Shown here: positions 18,357 to 27,997 of the stretch, piece after piece
Layout of the letters: each line of letters begins with the position of its first letter
How positions within the stretch are numbered: position 1 is the first letter of the stretch
IMG/VR virus record: IMGVR_UViG_3300031577_000008
Location: 1 to 40,053 of that record
Reading direction: 5' to 3' (one strand)
Source: a virus
Taxonomy: Duplodnaviria > Caudoviricetes
DNA length: 40,053 nt
Notes under the pieces: model-generated
What the model saw: only the letters and a program-made list of their open reading frames with translations
Told to the model about the DNA's origin: nothing
Database searches by the model: none
Position numbers and translations under genes: made by a program

Positions 18357-18828
18357 ATATACCTGCTAGATCCGTCGTCCGCCTTCGGGGATTACCAGAT
18401 AGCATCCCGGCGTATTTGATAACCGAATATTCAAACTTTGCAATATTCTGAAAATAAAGGCCGGCCATTTCAGGCTTTACCATCTCAATCCATTTATAAA
18501 CGATGTAATTGACCACGTAATCAAAAACAGCTTTCTTCAAAAGATTACTTATATATTCAGCGTTGGCTTTTACCGTAAACGGATCGATGCTGCACAAAAT
18601 CGATTTTTCATCCTGAGTGAATGAGCTTGATCTGGTTCTTTTCAGAAGCATTCCGGAAACATCGTTAAGAGCCGTATCCATAAACACGGATAATTCGTCG
18701 TAATTATCAGAACTTGTTTGCGTGATATCAGCATCCACATCCTGCCGTTTCTTTGATTCACCGGCATAATAGGTCTGCATATCAACCTCCTTCAATATCT
18801 CATCAATGAGTAGATTAAACTGAATCAT
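18355..18828 (-). CDS. Virion neck/ring-like protein, paralog 3
   Basis: YYAGE and DYVVNYIVYKW motifs shared with its neighbours. Confidence 0.6.
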   Translation of the reverse strand: MIQFNLLIDEILKEVDMQTYYAGESKKRQDVDADITQTSSDNYDELSVFMDTALNDVSGMLLKRTRSSSFTQDEKSILCSIDPFTVKANAEYISNLLKKAVFDYVVNYIVYKWIEMVKPEMAGLYFQNIAKFEYSVIKYAGMLSGNPRRRTTDLAGI

Positions 18829-19292
18829 GATCTAACCGGTTTTTTCCTGTGAGAAGCCAACACTCTAATCTCGGTAGACAACTCAGTCAGTTTATTCTCA
18901 AAAAGTTTTTCTTCTCCGGGCTTCATAAGAGCTAGCCAGTCTCTCAGGCAAGTATCAACCAGATAGTCTTTCATGGCAAGCAAAAGAGCGTCTTTCTGAC
19001 TATCCATGAAATTAGCGACTGTCTTAGTGGTAAATGTCACATCATCCGTTCCCCAGACACTGGTTGTTTCACCTAATATCTTGGTTAATACATTCGTCAA
19101 TTTGGTGACACCTGTTTTAATGTAATCTTTTAGAAGTTCGTCTTCGTCATCTGATGCCTGAATTCTTGCTCCTGCTTCCAGTAACTCAGTATTATCCTTT
19201 CTCGCTTCTCCCGCGTAATATGAATTTGCCTGCACTCCTATCACCACATCGGCGACCTTTATAACCGTAGATATCGTTTTACTTCCTTCCAT
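18825..19292 (-). CDS. Virion neck/ring-like protein, paralog 2
   Basis: YYAGE and DYLVDTCLRDW motifs. Confidence 0.6.
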   Translation of the reverse strand: MEGSKTISTVIKVADVVIGVQANSYYAGEARKDNTELLEAGARIQASDDEDELLKDYIKTGVTKLTNVLTKILGETTSVWGTDDVTFTTKTVANFMDSQKDALLLAMKDYLVDTCLRDWLALMKPGEEKLFENKLTELSTEIRVLASHRKKPVRS

Positions 19293-19295
19293 AAT

Positions 19296-19718
19296 TTATG
19301 ATCTTTGAGGTTTCGTTCTTTCAGCTAAATGTTTCTTAATATTAATGGCAAGATCAATGCATAACTTATCATAATAAGCTACTTCATCTTTCTTCGAGAG
19401 GTTAAACCATCTCTTACAGATGAAATTGACCACGTACTGATTCATGCATCTTGTTAGTGAGGCCAGAACATTTGTGTTCCAGCTTGAAGGCAGATTGAAC
19501 GCGAATATGGCTTTATCTGTTCCGTCTGTTTTCAGATATCCATGCCGGGTAATAACCTCGGAAAGTCCGCTTACCGCTTCTCCCCAATAACTCAAAAGGA
19601 TATTGCTTTCATCCTCCGTGGATGAAACTTTATCTGTCTCTCCTGTATTCTTACCTGTATAACCGGTTATTTTGTATACTTCCGGCATGACATCACTCTG
19701 TAAAATAGTTATTTCCAT
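19296..19718 (-). CDS. Virion neck/ring-like protein, paralog 1
   Basis: GYTGK and QYVVNFICKRW motifs; basic RxKP C-terminus like paralog 2. Confidence 0.6.
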   Translation of the reverse strand: MEITILQSDVMPEVYKITGYTGKNTGETDKVSSTEDESNILLSYWGEAVSGLSEVITRHGYLKTDGTDKAIFAFNLPSSWNTNVLASLTRCMNQYVVNFICKRWFNLSKKDEVAYYDKLCIDLAINIKKHLAERTKPQRS

Positions 19719-19734
19719 TTCGATCTATTTTAGG

Positions 19735-19774
19735 CAAATATATTCATGGATGAAAAAAGTGAGGTTGCTGAATT
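19735..19774 (-). promoter_or_regulatory. Putative late promoter AATTCAGCAAC-N21-TATATTTG
   Basis: Shared motif and spacing, upstream of the neck-like genes. Confidence 0.6.
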
Positions 19775-20025
19775 GCCAAAAGAAATAGCCTGTGAATAAA
19801 TAAAAATGAAAATAAATGGCTTTTATTGTCATTTTACAAAAAACATTACTACATTTGGGCAAACTTTTAATGAAGAATCACAATATATAATATGTGGAAT
19901 AGTAGCTAAAATACCGAAGAAGAAGATTCTTCTTGGTATTCAAAATATTATATGGTCAATTAAATATTATTTATGCAATATTAATACAAGGCATAAAAAT
20001 CCAAAAACAATAAAACATTACTACT

Positions 20026-21675
20026 ATGAACATAAAAAAAATTAAGATCCTCAACTTTCGTTCTATAAAAGAGGCTGAATTTTCAACAACTGACTTCAAT
20101 GTTTTCGTAGGGCAAAACAATTGCGGAAAAACAAATTTCTTTGAAGCTATTGAATTTTTTTTCAACGGACTTGGGAAAGGAGGAAAGCTTGACGACTTAA
20201 AGTTCAAAAGAGAAACAGAAAGAGAGATTATTGTTGAAGTTACTTTCTCTGGAGCTCTAGAAGGTGCAGCCAAAATGCAAAACGAAGGAAATAAAACAAA
20301 AATCGAGAGAGTTCTTGCTGGCAACGACATTGTGATGGTTATGCGTTCCAGCAACGCAACTAAGAGAAAAGTATTTGTTAATGGTTCCGAAGTAAACCCA
20401 GGAACTGGATTTGATGCAGCATTAAATGACTTTCTTCCAAAATTTGAATATATAAATACGAAACAATATTTCGATAGTGTAGCAAAATACTCAAAAACAG
20501 CTCCCATGGGAATAATGTTATCAGGAGTACTTACCGCTATACTAGCGGAAAATGCACAATACCAAGTGTTTCAAAATAAATTCAGAGAACTTTTCGAAGA
20601 TGATGAATCTCAAATTAAAGCTGAATTTGACAAGGTTGGAAACCAAGTGAAATTTCACCTCCAAAAGCAATTTCCTGATTGTACAAAAGTAACATTCGAC
20701 GTTTCAGCACCAGCATTTGACGATTTGTTAAAAAACTTCGAAACAACAGTCGATGATGGAATAGAAACACTGGCAGAAGAGAAGGGAGATGGAATGCAAA
20801 GAGCACTAATGCTTGCAATTATTCAAGCATATGCAGAATTTCGAAAAAGAAACGATGATATAGGAAAATCATTTTTATTTTTCATTGATGAAGCAGAATT
20901 ACATTTGCACCCAACAGCTCAAAGAAATCTAAAAAATGTATTATTGGAGTTGTCTTCAAGCACTGACCAAGTTTTCATTAATACGCACTCTTCTGTTTTC
21001 GTGGCAGACAATTCTGAGAATCAGACGATTTTTAAAGTTGAAAAAAACAATGGAGAAACTTCAATACAACCAACTTCAGATTTTGAAAAGCCATATATTG
21101 TTTATGAACTTCTAGGAGGAAGCCCTGCGGACTTACTTCTACCAAAAAATTTTCTTGTTGTCGAAGGACAAAGTGAATTTGAATTATTAACTAGAATCAT
21201 AAAAAGATTTTATACTGATCGCCCAAAAATTCAAATTATCAAAGCAAACGGAGATATTGACCAAGCTGAAAGAACTATTAATGCAATAGAAAAGATTTTC
21301 ATTCCATTAGGAACGAGTATATACAGAGATAAAGTTGTAATACTAATTGACCAACCAAGTTCACAAACGCAAGGTGGAGTGGCTCAATTCTTAGATAGTT
21401 ATAATTTCCTACATACAAACAATCAATTTTTCAAACTCCCTTTGAGAGATATTGAGCAATGTTATCCTAACCAACCTGATCCAGTTTACACTAATTGGAG
21501 AAAAACTCAAGCCGAATTAGATGCAGTAAACGAGAGTGGTAATAAAATTATAACAGGAAAGAAGAAAATAAAGCTCGCTAAATATGTCGGAGAACATATC
21601 ACTCAAGAACAATTTGAAAGGGATTTAGTAGTTTGTTTCCAATCACTACTAAAATGTTGGGAGTTAGCTTATTAA
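20026..21675 (+). CDS. OLD-family ABC ATPase-TOPRIM nuclease
   Basis: Walker A GQNNCGKT, signature KGDGMQR, Walker B FIDEAELHLHP, H-loop NTHS, TOPRIM LVVEGQSE. Confidence 0.85.
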   Translation: MNIKKIKILNFRSIKEAEFSTTDFNVFVGQNNCGKTNFFEAIEFFFNGLGKGGKLDDLKFKRETEREIIVEVTFSGALEGAAKMQNEGNKTKIERVLAGNDIVMVMRSSNATKRKVFVNGSEVNPGTGFDAALNDFLPKFEYINTKQYFDSVAKYSKTAPMGIMLSGVLTAILAENAQYQVFQNKFRELFEDDESQIKAEFDKVGNQVKFHLQKQFPDCTKVTFDVSAPAFDDLLKNFETTVDDGIETLAEEKGDGMQRALMLAIIQAYAEFRKRNDDIGKSFLFFIDEAELHLHPTAQRNLKNVLLELSSSTDQVFINTHSSVFVADNSENQTIFKVEKNNGETSIQPTSDFEKPYIVYELLGGSPADLLLPKNFLVVEGQSEFELLTRIIKRFYTDRPKIQIIKANGDIDQAERTINAIEKIFIPLGTSIYRDKVVILIDQPSSQTQGGVAQFLDSYNFLHTNNQFFKLPLRDIEQCYPNQPDPVYTNWRKTQAELDAVNESGNKIITGKKKIKLAKYVGEHITQEQFERDLVVCFQSLLKCWELAY

Positions 21676-21854
21676 AGATACAAAACGTTCCTTGCTAATA
21701 CATTTCCATAAACAGTTTCTATTAAATGCACTCATCATACAAGGTACAATAAATATTACCACAATAAAACTATACCCTACCAATAGTCTAATTATTTCAT
21801 GATTTATATTAATAAAGCAATTGATCAAATAAAAACAAATTTAAAAAAAGCAAA

Positions 21855-23783
21855 ATGAAAGACACGTATTGGCATATACAAATGCACTTACCAGAAGGTA
21901 GCAAAGATGGAATCGTTATTGATCCAAAAAAGATGTTGTTAGAGAATCCCCCAGTAATAGGTACTGGTGAATGGGATCATTTACAATGCCGAAATTTCAA
22001 AGGAGAAGGCAATGGCATAAAAATAGGTGATATCGTTATGGTACGCATGGGCAATAGACCTATTGCGCTATGCGAAGTAATTGGTGATTATTATGAAAAC
22101 GAAGAACTAGAAGATAAGTATATCAATAAGCTATATCGAAATGTAAAAGTACTAGGATGGGCTAAGAGTGATGAAACATCTTCTTTATTTTCACAAGGAA
22201 CACTAACCCCCCTTTATAAAAGTAGTGAAACACCTTCTTGGCATTATGTAAACGATTGGTATAAAAAAATACTTCAAACAAAAAGTATGAACACCATCAT
22301 TGACATTCTCAAGCATAAGCACCAAATCATTCTTCAAGGTGCTCCTGGAACAGGAAAAACGTATATGGCTAAAAAAATGGCTCAATTTATGGTTGGGGAG
22401 CAAACTAATTCAGAAAGAACAAATGAATTAGCAGACAAAGACATTCAAAAAGCTTTCCAGAGCAATCAAATTGTTTCCAGCAGCTCTGAGAGAACGCAGT
22501 ATAAGATAATAAGCGTCAACAATAAAAGCATAACTATTGGAGGCGAAAGTATAAAAGATAAAGACATTAGTTTCAATAGCATAAAAATTGCATATAAAGG
22601 GAAACTATGGGAATCGGGAAAGCAAAGCAATGGTTTTGACCCTTATACTTCAGCATTAGCTAAGTATATATATGAAAACAAAAGTGCCTCAAAAAAAACT
22701 CAGTCACACATTAAATTGATCCAATTTCATCCTTCATATACTTATGAAGATTTTGTGAGGGGTATATCCGTGGATACGACAGAACAATCTACTCCTCAAT
22801 ACATCACTAAAAATAGATTACTGGGAGAATTTGCCGACGAAGCTCTAAAAAATTGGGAAGATAGCAGAAAAAGCGTGGAGGAGATATCAAAAGAACAAGG
22901 TTGGCAGATCGCATTAGATTTCTACAAGGAACACATTACCGAAGAGTTAATAAACAACCAATCTTTCTTAATTCCTAATACTAGCGCTAATATTGTAAGC
23001 GTAGAGGGTAACTCCTTTCGGTACAATTTTAAGGATCGACCTACAATTCTATATAATCTTCTATTTTCGGACATTATAAAAATTGGTATAAGCGAAGTAG
23101 CTCTAAAAAGAAGCATTGACGTTGAAAGTCTAGGCCTGAAAATGAGAGGGAAATATCCTTACTATTACCATTTCTTTAATGCATTCAAATCTTTCATTGA
23201 TAAACAGAATATTTCATTAGAACGAAAAGGGGATAAGATTGAAGAAGAAAAGTACGTTCTTATTATTGACGAGATTAATCGCGCTAACCTTCCTGCTGTT
23301 CTAGGTGAATTAATCTATGCACTTGAGTATCGAGGAGAAACGGTAGATAGCCTATATGCAGTTGATGGTGATAATGGCCTTATCCTGCCTCCAAATCTAT
23401 ATATCATTGGCACGATGAATACCGCTGATCGAAGTGTGGGGCAGATAGATTACGCTATTCGCAGACGTTTTGCCTTTATTGATGTAGAACCCAAAGACCT
23501 TTCGGCAGAATTGGGGAAGGATTTTCATTCAGATGACTTCAGCAAAGTACAGGCATTATTCTCTAGTAACTACTTGAGCACTGAATTTAATTCCAAAGAC
23601 GTTCAATTAGGACATAGCTATTTTATCCAACAATACGAGAAGAATGAAGATGGAGAAGATAACAAAGCAAAGCCTATCGATTTTAGGATGCGAGTAGATT
23701 ATGAGATCAAACCAATCCTCAGGGAATATGTAAAAGATGGAATATTGAAAGAGAATGCCAAAGAAATTATTGAAAGTCTATGA
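21855..23783 (+). CDS. mcrB: McrB-family AAA+ GTPase with a PUA/EVE-like N-terminal domain
   Basis: GAPGTGKT, QFHPSYTYEDF, IIDEINRAN, MNTADRS and AIRRRF motifs. Confidence 0.92.
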   Translation: MKDTYWHIQMHLPEGSKDGIVIDPKKMLLENPPVIGTGEWDHLQCRNFKGEGNGIKIGDIVMVRMGNRPIALCEVIGDYYENEELEDKYINKLYRNVKVLGWAKSDETSSLFSQGTLTPLYKSSETPSWHYVNDWYKKILQTKSMNTIIDILKHKHQIILQGAPGTGKTYMAKKMAQFMVGEQTNSERTNELADKDIQKAFQSNQIVSSSSERTQYKIISVNNKSITIGGESIKDKDISFNSIKIAYKGKLWESGKQSNGFDPYTSALAKYIYENKSASKKTQSHIKLIQFHPSYTYEDFVRGISVDTTEQSTPQYITKNRLLGEFADEALKNWEDSRKSVEEISKEQGWQIALDFYKEHITEELINNQSFLIPNTSANIVSVEGNSFRYNFKDRPTILYNLLFSDIIKIGISEVALKRSIDVESLGLKMRGKYPYYYHFFNAFKSFIDKQNISLERKGDKIEEEKYVLIIDEINRANLPAVLGELIYALEYRGETVDSLYAVDGDNGLILPPNLYIIGTMNTADRSVGQIDYAIRRRFAFIDVEPKDLSAELGKDFHSDDFSKVQALFSSNYLSTEFNSKDVQLGHSYFIQQYEKNEDGEDNKAKPIDFRMRVDYEIKPILREYVKDGILKENAKEIIESL

Positions 23784-25138
23784 TATACCTATATGAACAA
23801 TATGGATATAAGAGGACAGGTTACAAAGAAATAACCGATAAACAATGTTCAATATTAGATTCGTCCTCTATCAAATCAAACAAATATAAGAAAACGGTTT
23901 TGCGGCAGAAATCTAATCAAATGTGTGTTCAGATTGATTTTGATCAAGAAAAAGAAAAATATCATTTTGAAACTTCATACTTTGTTGGAGTTGACTGGAT
24001 TCTTGAAAATCGCTTGCCTATATATGTACAGCCCAAGCTAAATAAAGAAGATATCCAAATTAACTACTTCCAAATGCTTCTGGATGCTATCACCGAGCCT
24101 GATAACATAAAAAACATTGATGGCTTATTAAATATTGACTTTAACAAGCCATGTATTACTATAAAACAGAGTGAAGATCTACTGTCCCCATTCCTTATTA
24201 TTCAATTCCTGCAGATACTACAGACAATTGTTCGAAAAGGGTTAAAAAAATCATATTATTCAATAACTAACAATTTAGAAGCTAAGGTTAAAGGAAAAAT
24301 ATTGGTTAGCAAAACGATAAGAGGAAACATCATAAAAGGACAATTAACGAAAACGATTTGCCGTTATGATGAATTTGGGGTTAACTGTGACGAGAATAAA
24401 ATTCTCAAAAAAGCGTATTTGTTTGCTTGTAAGGCTATTGAGAATTATAAAGAGCTGGATATAGAAGAATTGCAACATATAAAAAGCTACATTCATCCGG
24501 CATTTGAAAATATATCAGAAGATATTAAAGTAGATAAAATAAAAGCGTTCAAGCCTAACCCAATATACAAAGAATATGAACAAGCAATTAAATTGGCATT
24601 ACTAATTTTAAAACGCTTCTCATACAACATAGATCAAACAGAGAATCAATTAATAAGCACCCCTCCATTCTGGATTGACATGAGCAAACTGTTCGAACTT
24701 TATGTATACAAAAAGCTAAAAAATGCCTTTCCTAATAAAAACGAAGTACAATATCATTCAAAAATTAATTATCTGGAATTAGATTTTCTTCTTAAAGCTA
24801 AGGATAGCAATGACAATGATTGTATGTTTGTGATAGACACAAAATACAAACCTAAGTATCATGAAGATCATGTTAACATTGAAGATATTAGACAAGTATG
24901 CGGATATGCCCGTTTAGAACAAGTATATCAGAAATTAGAAATAAGCGATTACAATAAAAACATAAATTGCTTGATTATATATTCTCATCAAAATTGTGAG
25001 ACATCATTTGATAATAATGATTTTATATTCCAAAAAGATAATTTAGGATTAAAAGGAATAAGAAAAGAGAAACATTATGTCAATTTTTACAAATTAGGAA
25101 TAAAACTTCCTGAAATAAAACCTATTGAACAACATTAG
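23780..25138 (+). CDS. mcrC: McrC-family restriction endonuclease subunit
   Basis: ATGA-coupled to mcrB; IDMSKLFELYV, D...IDTKYK and DIRQVCGY motifs. Confidence 0.9.
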   Translation: MIYLYEQYGYKRTGYKEITDKQCSILDSSSIKSNKYKKTVLRQKSNQMCVQIDFDQEKEKYHFETSYFVGVDWILENRLPIYVQPKLNKEDIQINYFQMLLDAITEPDNIKNIDGLLNIDFNKPCITIKQSEDLLSPFLIIQFLQILQTIVRKGLKKSYYSITNNLEAKVKGKILVSKTIRGNIIKGQLTKTICRYDEFGVNCDENKILKKAYLFACKAIENYKELDIEELQHIKSYIHPAFENISEDIKVDKIKAFKPNPIYKEYEQAIKLALLILKRFSYNIDQTENQLISTPPFWIDMSKLFELYVYKKLKNAFPNKNEVQYHSKINYLELDFLLKAKDSNDNDCMFVIDTKYKPKYHEDHVNIEDIRQVCGYARLEQVYQKLEISDYNKNINCLIIYSHQNCETSFDNNDFIFQKDNLGLKGIRKEKHYVNFYKLGIKLPEIKPIEQH

Positions 25139-25250
25139 CTAGTTTATTCCCAGATCGGAGTAGCCATTTAGCAAAAAAATATTAAGCTATTCCGCTACCT
25201 AATGAAAGCTAAAAGCAATGGGCGATAGAAAAAACAAAATAATTTAAGAA

Positions 25251-25277
25251 CAGAGGTGGATTGTGTGTCCACCTCTG
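25251..25277. terminator. Hairpin between convergent mcrC and the DUF6088-like gene
   Basis: CAGAGGTGGA-TTGTGTG-TCCACCTCTG, a perfect 10-bp stem. Confidence 0.6.
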
Positions 25278-25544
25278 AAAATTCCTACCACGTTGTGATT
25301 AAGTAAGGGCACACTATCATCATTAAAATGAACGATACAATTTAATGCAATTATAAAACATAGTGTTTGAAGTAAGAACACGAGAACCTACCAAGTGGGG
25401 GTTATTTGATTAGGTTGGCTTTTCATGACTTTTTTGCCAACCTACTAGGATAAAATATTTTTCATATTTTTCTCTTTAGTTGCTTCTGGCAATATTGCTA
25501 TTGATTGAATGCTTGCACTCATGGCCGATTCATCAAAATGCCGA

Positions 25545-26246
25545 TCATATCCTTTTATAATTAAGTTCAAACCGTGTTGTAGCCAGTATAGTACCTGCCA
25601 AAGCATCACGCAATTGCAAGTGATGCAATTCATCAAGCATATCACTGACTATCTTTCTGACACGAGGTGGGTATTTCTGTGCCAAAGATACCATTTTTTT
25701 GAGTTCCTCTAATGGCAAAGTAGCAAAATATAGTCTCTTTACTCTATCGTACACATCATATGGACTACAGCCAGGAATATGCTTTATATCCTTTAGCGCA
25801 TCCAATAAACGTAAATACAAAATTGTATTCGCATCATTGAAATCATCACCATACGCCTTTACACACTCTATTTCCAAATTCTTAAAACGAAATGGGCGAA
25901 CAGGATTTGGGGTTGCTATCGTTATTGTCGTAGCCGTTTGTTCGGTCAATCCCAATTTGTTATAAATATATGCACCGCTCAAATAACCATTTAATTTCTG
26001 AATAATATATCGGAATTGCTCATCTTGGTAAACAGGGAGTATCCCCAAACCCAATTTAGATTTTCTAGGCCGATAATAGGCACCACGCTCTGCACGCACA
26101 AGGGTTTCTTTCTTACTCTGTTCTGAAAGAACAACTGCAACATTCGCCAATTTATTAGCAGGATACGACAAGTCACGACACGTAAAGATGCGCCCTTCTT
26201 CTATTTGCTTTATCTGCTCGATTATGTCCTGCCTAAATGTTTTCAT
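25545..26246 (-). CDS. DUF6088/AbiEi-like antitoxin-type DNA-binding protein
   Basis: N-terminal wHTH (LVRAERGAYYRPR) and YLSGAYIYNKLGLTEQ; ATG at 26246 follows a TATCTTTG -7 box. Confidence 0.75.
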   Translation of the reverse strand: MKTFRQDIIEQIKQIEEGRIFTCRDLSYPANKLANVAVVLSEQSKKETLVRAERGAYYRPRKSKLGLGILPVYQDEQFRYIIQKLNGYLSGAYIYNKLGLTEQTATTITIATPNPVRPFRFKNLEIECVKAYGDDFNDANTILYLRLLDALKDIKHIPGCSPYDVYDRVKRLYFATLPLEELKKMVSLAQKYPPRVRKIVSDMLDELHHLQLRDALAGTILATTRFELNYKRI

Positions 26247-26721
26247 AAAACAACACTCCTTTCTTTTTTGCAAAGATAATAAATTAAGTATTTACATGCA
26301 AATACATAATACTTTTTTCTGCAAAAGATAGATAAAGCGACTGAATAAAAAGGATATAGCAGTACATTTCTTTAGTATCCACAAATTTATATGATTGGAA
26401 TAGCTCGTTTCAGACGAATATTAAGTTAAGCATAAAACGCTTACTTTACCAAATGAAGAAAGAAAAGTTTCCGAGAGACTTCCCAACGCCAATAGATACT
26501 TTTCATATATATTATATGACACTACATCCTCCGTAAATTCTTCAAATCTAGTATTTGAAAAATCACAAAGGTATTCTGAGCCCATACCAAAAACGATTTC
26601 TATTAATTGTTTTTCATTAAATGTAAGGGATCTATATAACTGATGAATATTCTAGAATACTTAATATAGCTGAGAGATTGAATTAAAATCTCTATATTTG
26701 CAAAATAATAAGATTAAAATT

Positions 26722-27996
26722 ATGAAGATACGATTTATAGATTTGTTTGCAGGTATTGGCGGTATTAGAAAAGGGCTAGAGTTAGCCATCAAAGATAATG
26801 GAGACATTCCCATTTGTGTTTTTACGTCTGAAATAAAACCGCATGCTATTTCTATACTTAAACAAAATTATCCAAATGAAGAAATAACTGGAGACATTAC
26901 TAAAGTTAATCCTGATAATATACCTGATTTTGATATACTATGTGCAGGTTTCCCCTGCCAAGCTTTCTCAGCTGCAGGAAAAAGAGAAGGTTTTGCTGAT
27001 ACCAGAGGAACTTTATTTTTTGATGTAGAAAGAATTCTTCTTAATAAAAAACCGAAAGGATTTATTTTAGAAAATGTAGAAGGTTTGGTCAATCACGATG
27101 CTGGAAACACTTTTAAAGTGATTATAAAACATCTTGAAGATGCTGGGTATAAAGTAACTGCTAAAGTACTTAATTCTAAAAACTTTGGAGTAGCTCAAGA
27201 AAGGAAACGTATTTATATTGTGGGTACATTAAATAATTCAGTAAATCTAGAGGACTTTCCTATTAAACACGCAAAATTATCGGATATCCTTGAAGTTGGA
27301 AAGCCGATAAACGACAGTAAATTTATTAGCTTACTTCTGTCTAAATATAAAATTTCTGAGTTATACGGTAAATCTATTAAAGACAAGAGAGACGGGGAAA
27401 ATAATATCCATAGTTGGGATTTAGATCTCAAAGGTGAAACTACTGAGAAAGAGAAAAAACTACTATACCATATTTTGACAAAAAGAAGGTATAAAAGATG
27501 GGCAACAATTTATGGTATAGATTGGATGGACGGTATGCCTTTAACAAAAGAGATGATCTATTCATTTTATCCTGATCCTGATTTAGATATATTATTAAAC
27601 AATTTAGTAACAAAGGGATATTTGAAATTAGAGCATCCTAAAAAGAAGATCATTATTAGAAATTCCGAAGGAGTAGAGTCTTCGCGCAGAGAGTATGATA
27701 CAAATCTATCTAAAGGTTATAATATAGTATCGGGAAAGCTTAGTTTTGAAATTAACAAAATATTAGATCCCAACAAGATAGCTCCAACCTTAGTCGCTAT
27801 GGATATGCAGAAATTGTTTGTGGTTGACAACAACGGATTACGGAAGCTAACTCTTAGGGAGGGGTTAAGGTTATTTGGTTATCCTGAAGATTTCCAATTT
27901 CAGATATCCGAGAAAGAAGGTTTTGATCTACTTGGAAATACTGTTGTTGTACCTGTTATAAAGGCAGTATGTGATAGATTATTAAATAAAATATAA
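26722..27996 (+). CDS. C5-cytosine DNA methyltransferase of a type II R-M system
   Basis: DLFAGIGG, GFPCQAFS, ENV, QERKRIYIVG and GNTV motifs; probable ATG at 26722. Confidence 0.95.
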   Translation: MKIRFIDLFAGIGGIRKGLELAIKDNGDIPICVFTSEIKPHAISILKQNYPNEEITGDITKVNPDNIPDFDILCAGFPCQAFSAAGKREGFADTRGTLFFDVERILLNKKPKGFILENVEGLVNHDAGNTFKVIIKHLEDAGYKVTAKVLNSKNFGVAQERKRIYIVGTLNNSVNLEDFPIKHAKLSDILEVGKPINDSKFISLLLSKYKISELYGKSIKDKRDGENNIHSWDLDLKGETTEKEKKLLYHILTKRRYKRWATIYGIDWMDGMPLTKEMIYSFYPDPDLDILLNNLVTKGYLKLEHPKKKIIIRNSEGVESSRREYDTNLSKGYNIVSGKLSFEINKILDPNKIAPTLVAMDMQKLFVVDNNGLRKLTLREGLRLFGYPEDFQFQISEKEGFDLLGNTVVVPVIKAVCDRLLNKI

Positions 27997-27997
27997 A

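Noticed and set aside
20026-23783. Gabija, Septu or retron system
   Set aside because: No UvrD helicase, HNH partner or reverse transcriptase lies next to the ATPase-TOPRIM gene.
25140-25235. Possible type I HsdS remnant (IGVAI..AIPLPNE)
   Set aside because: Too short and requires frame changes; cannot be distinguished from chance.
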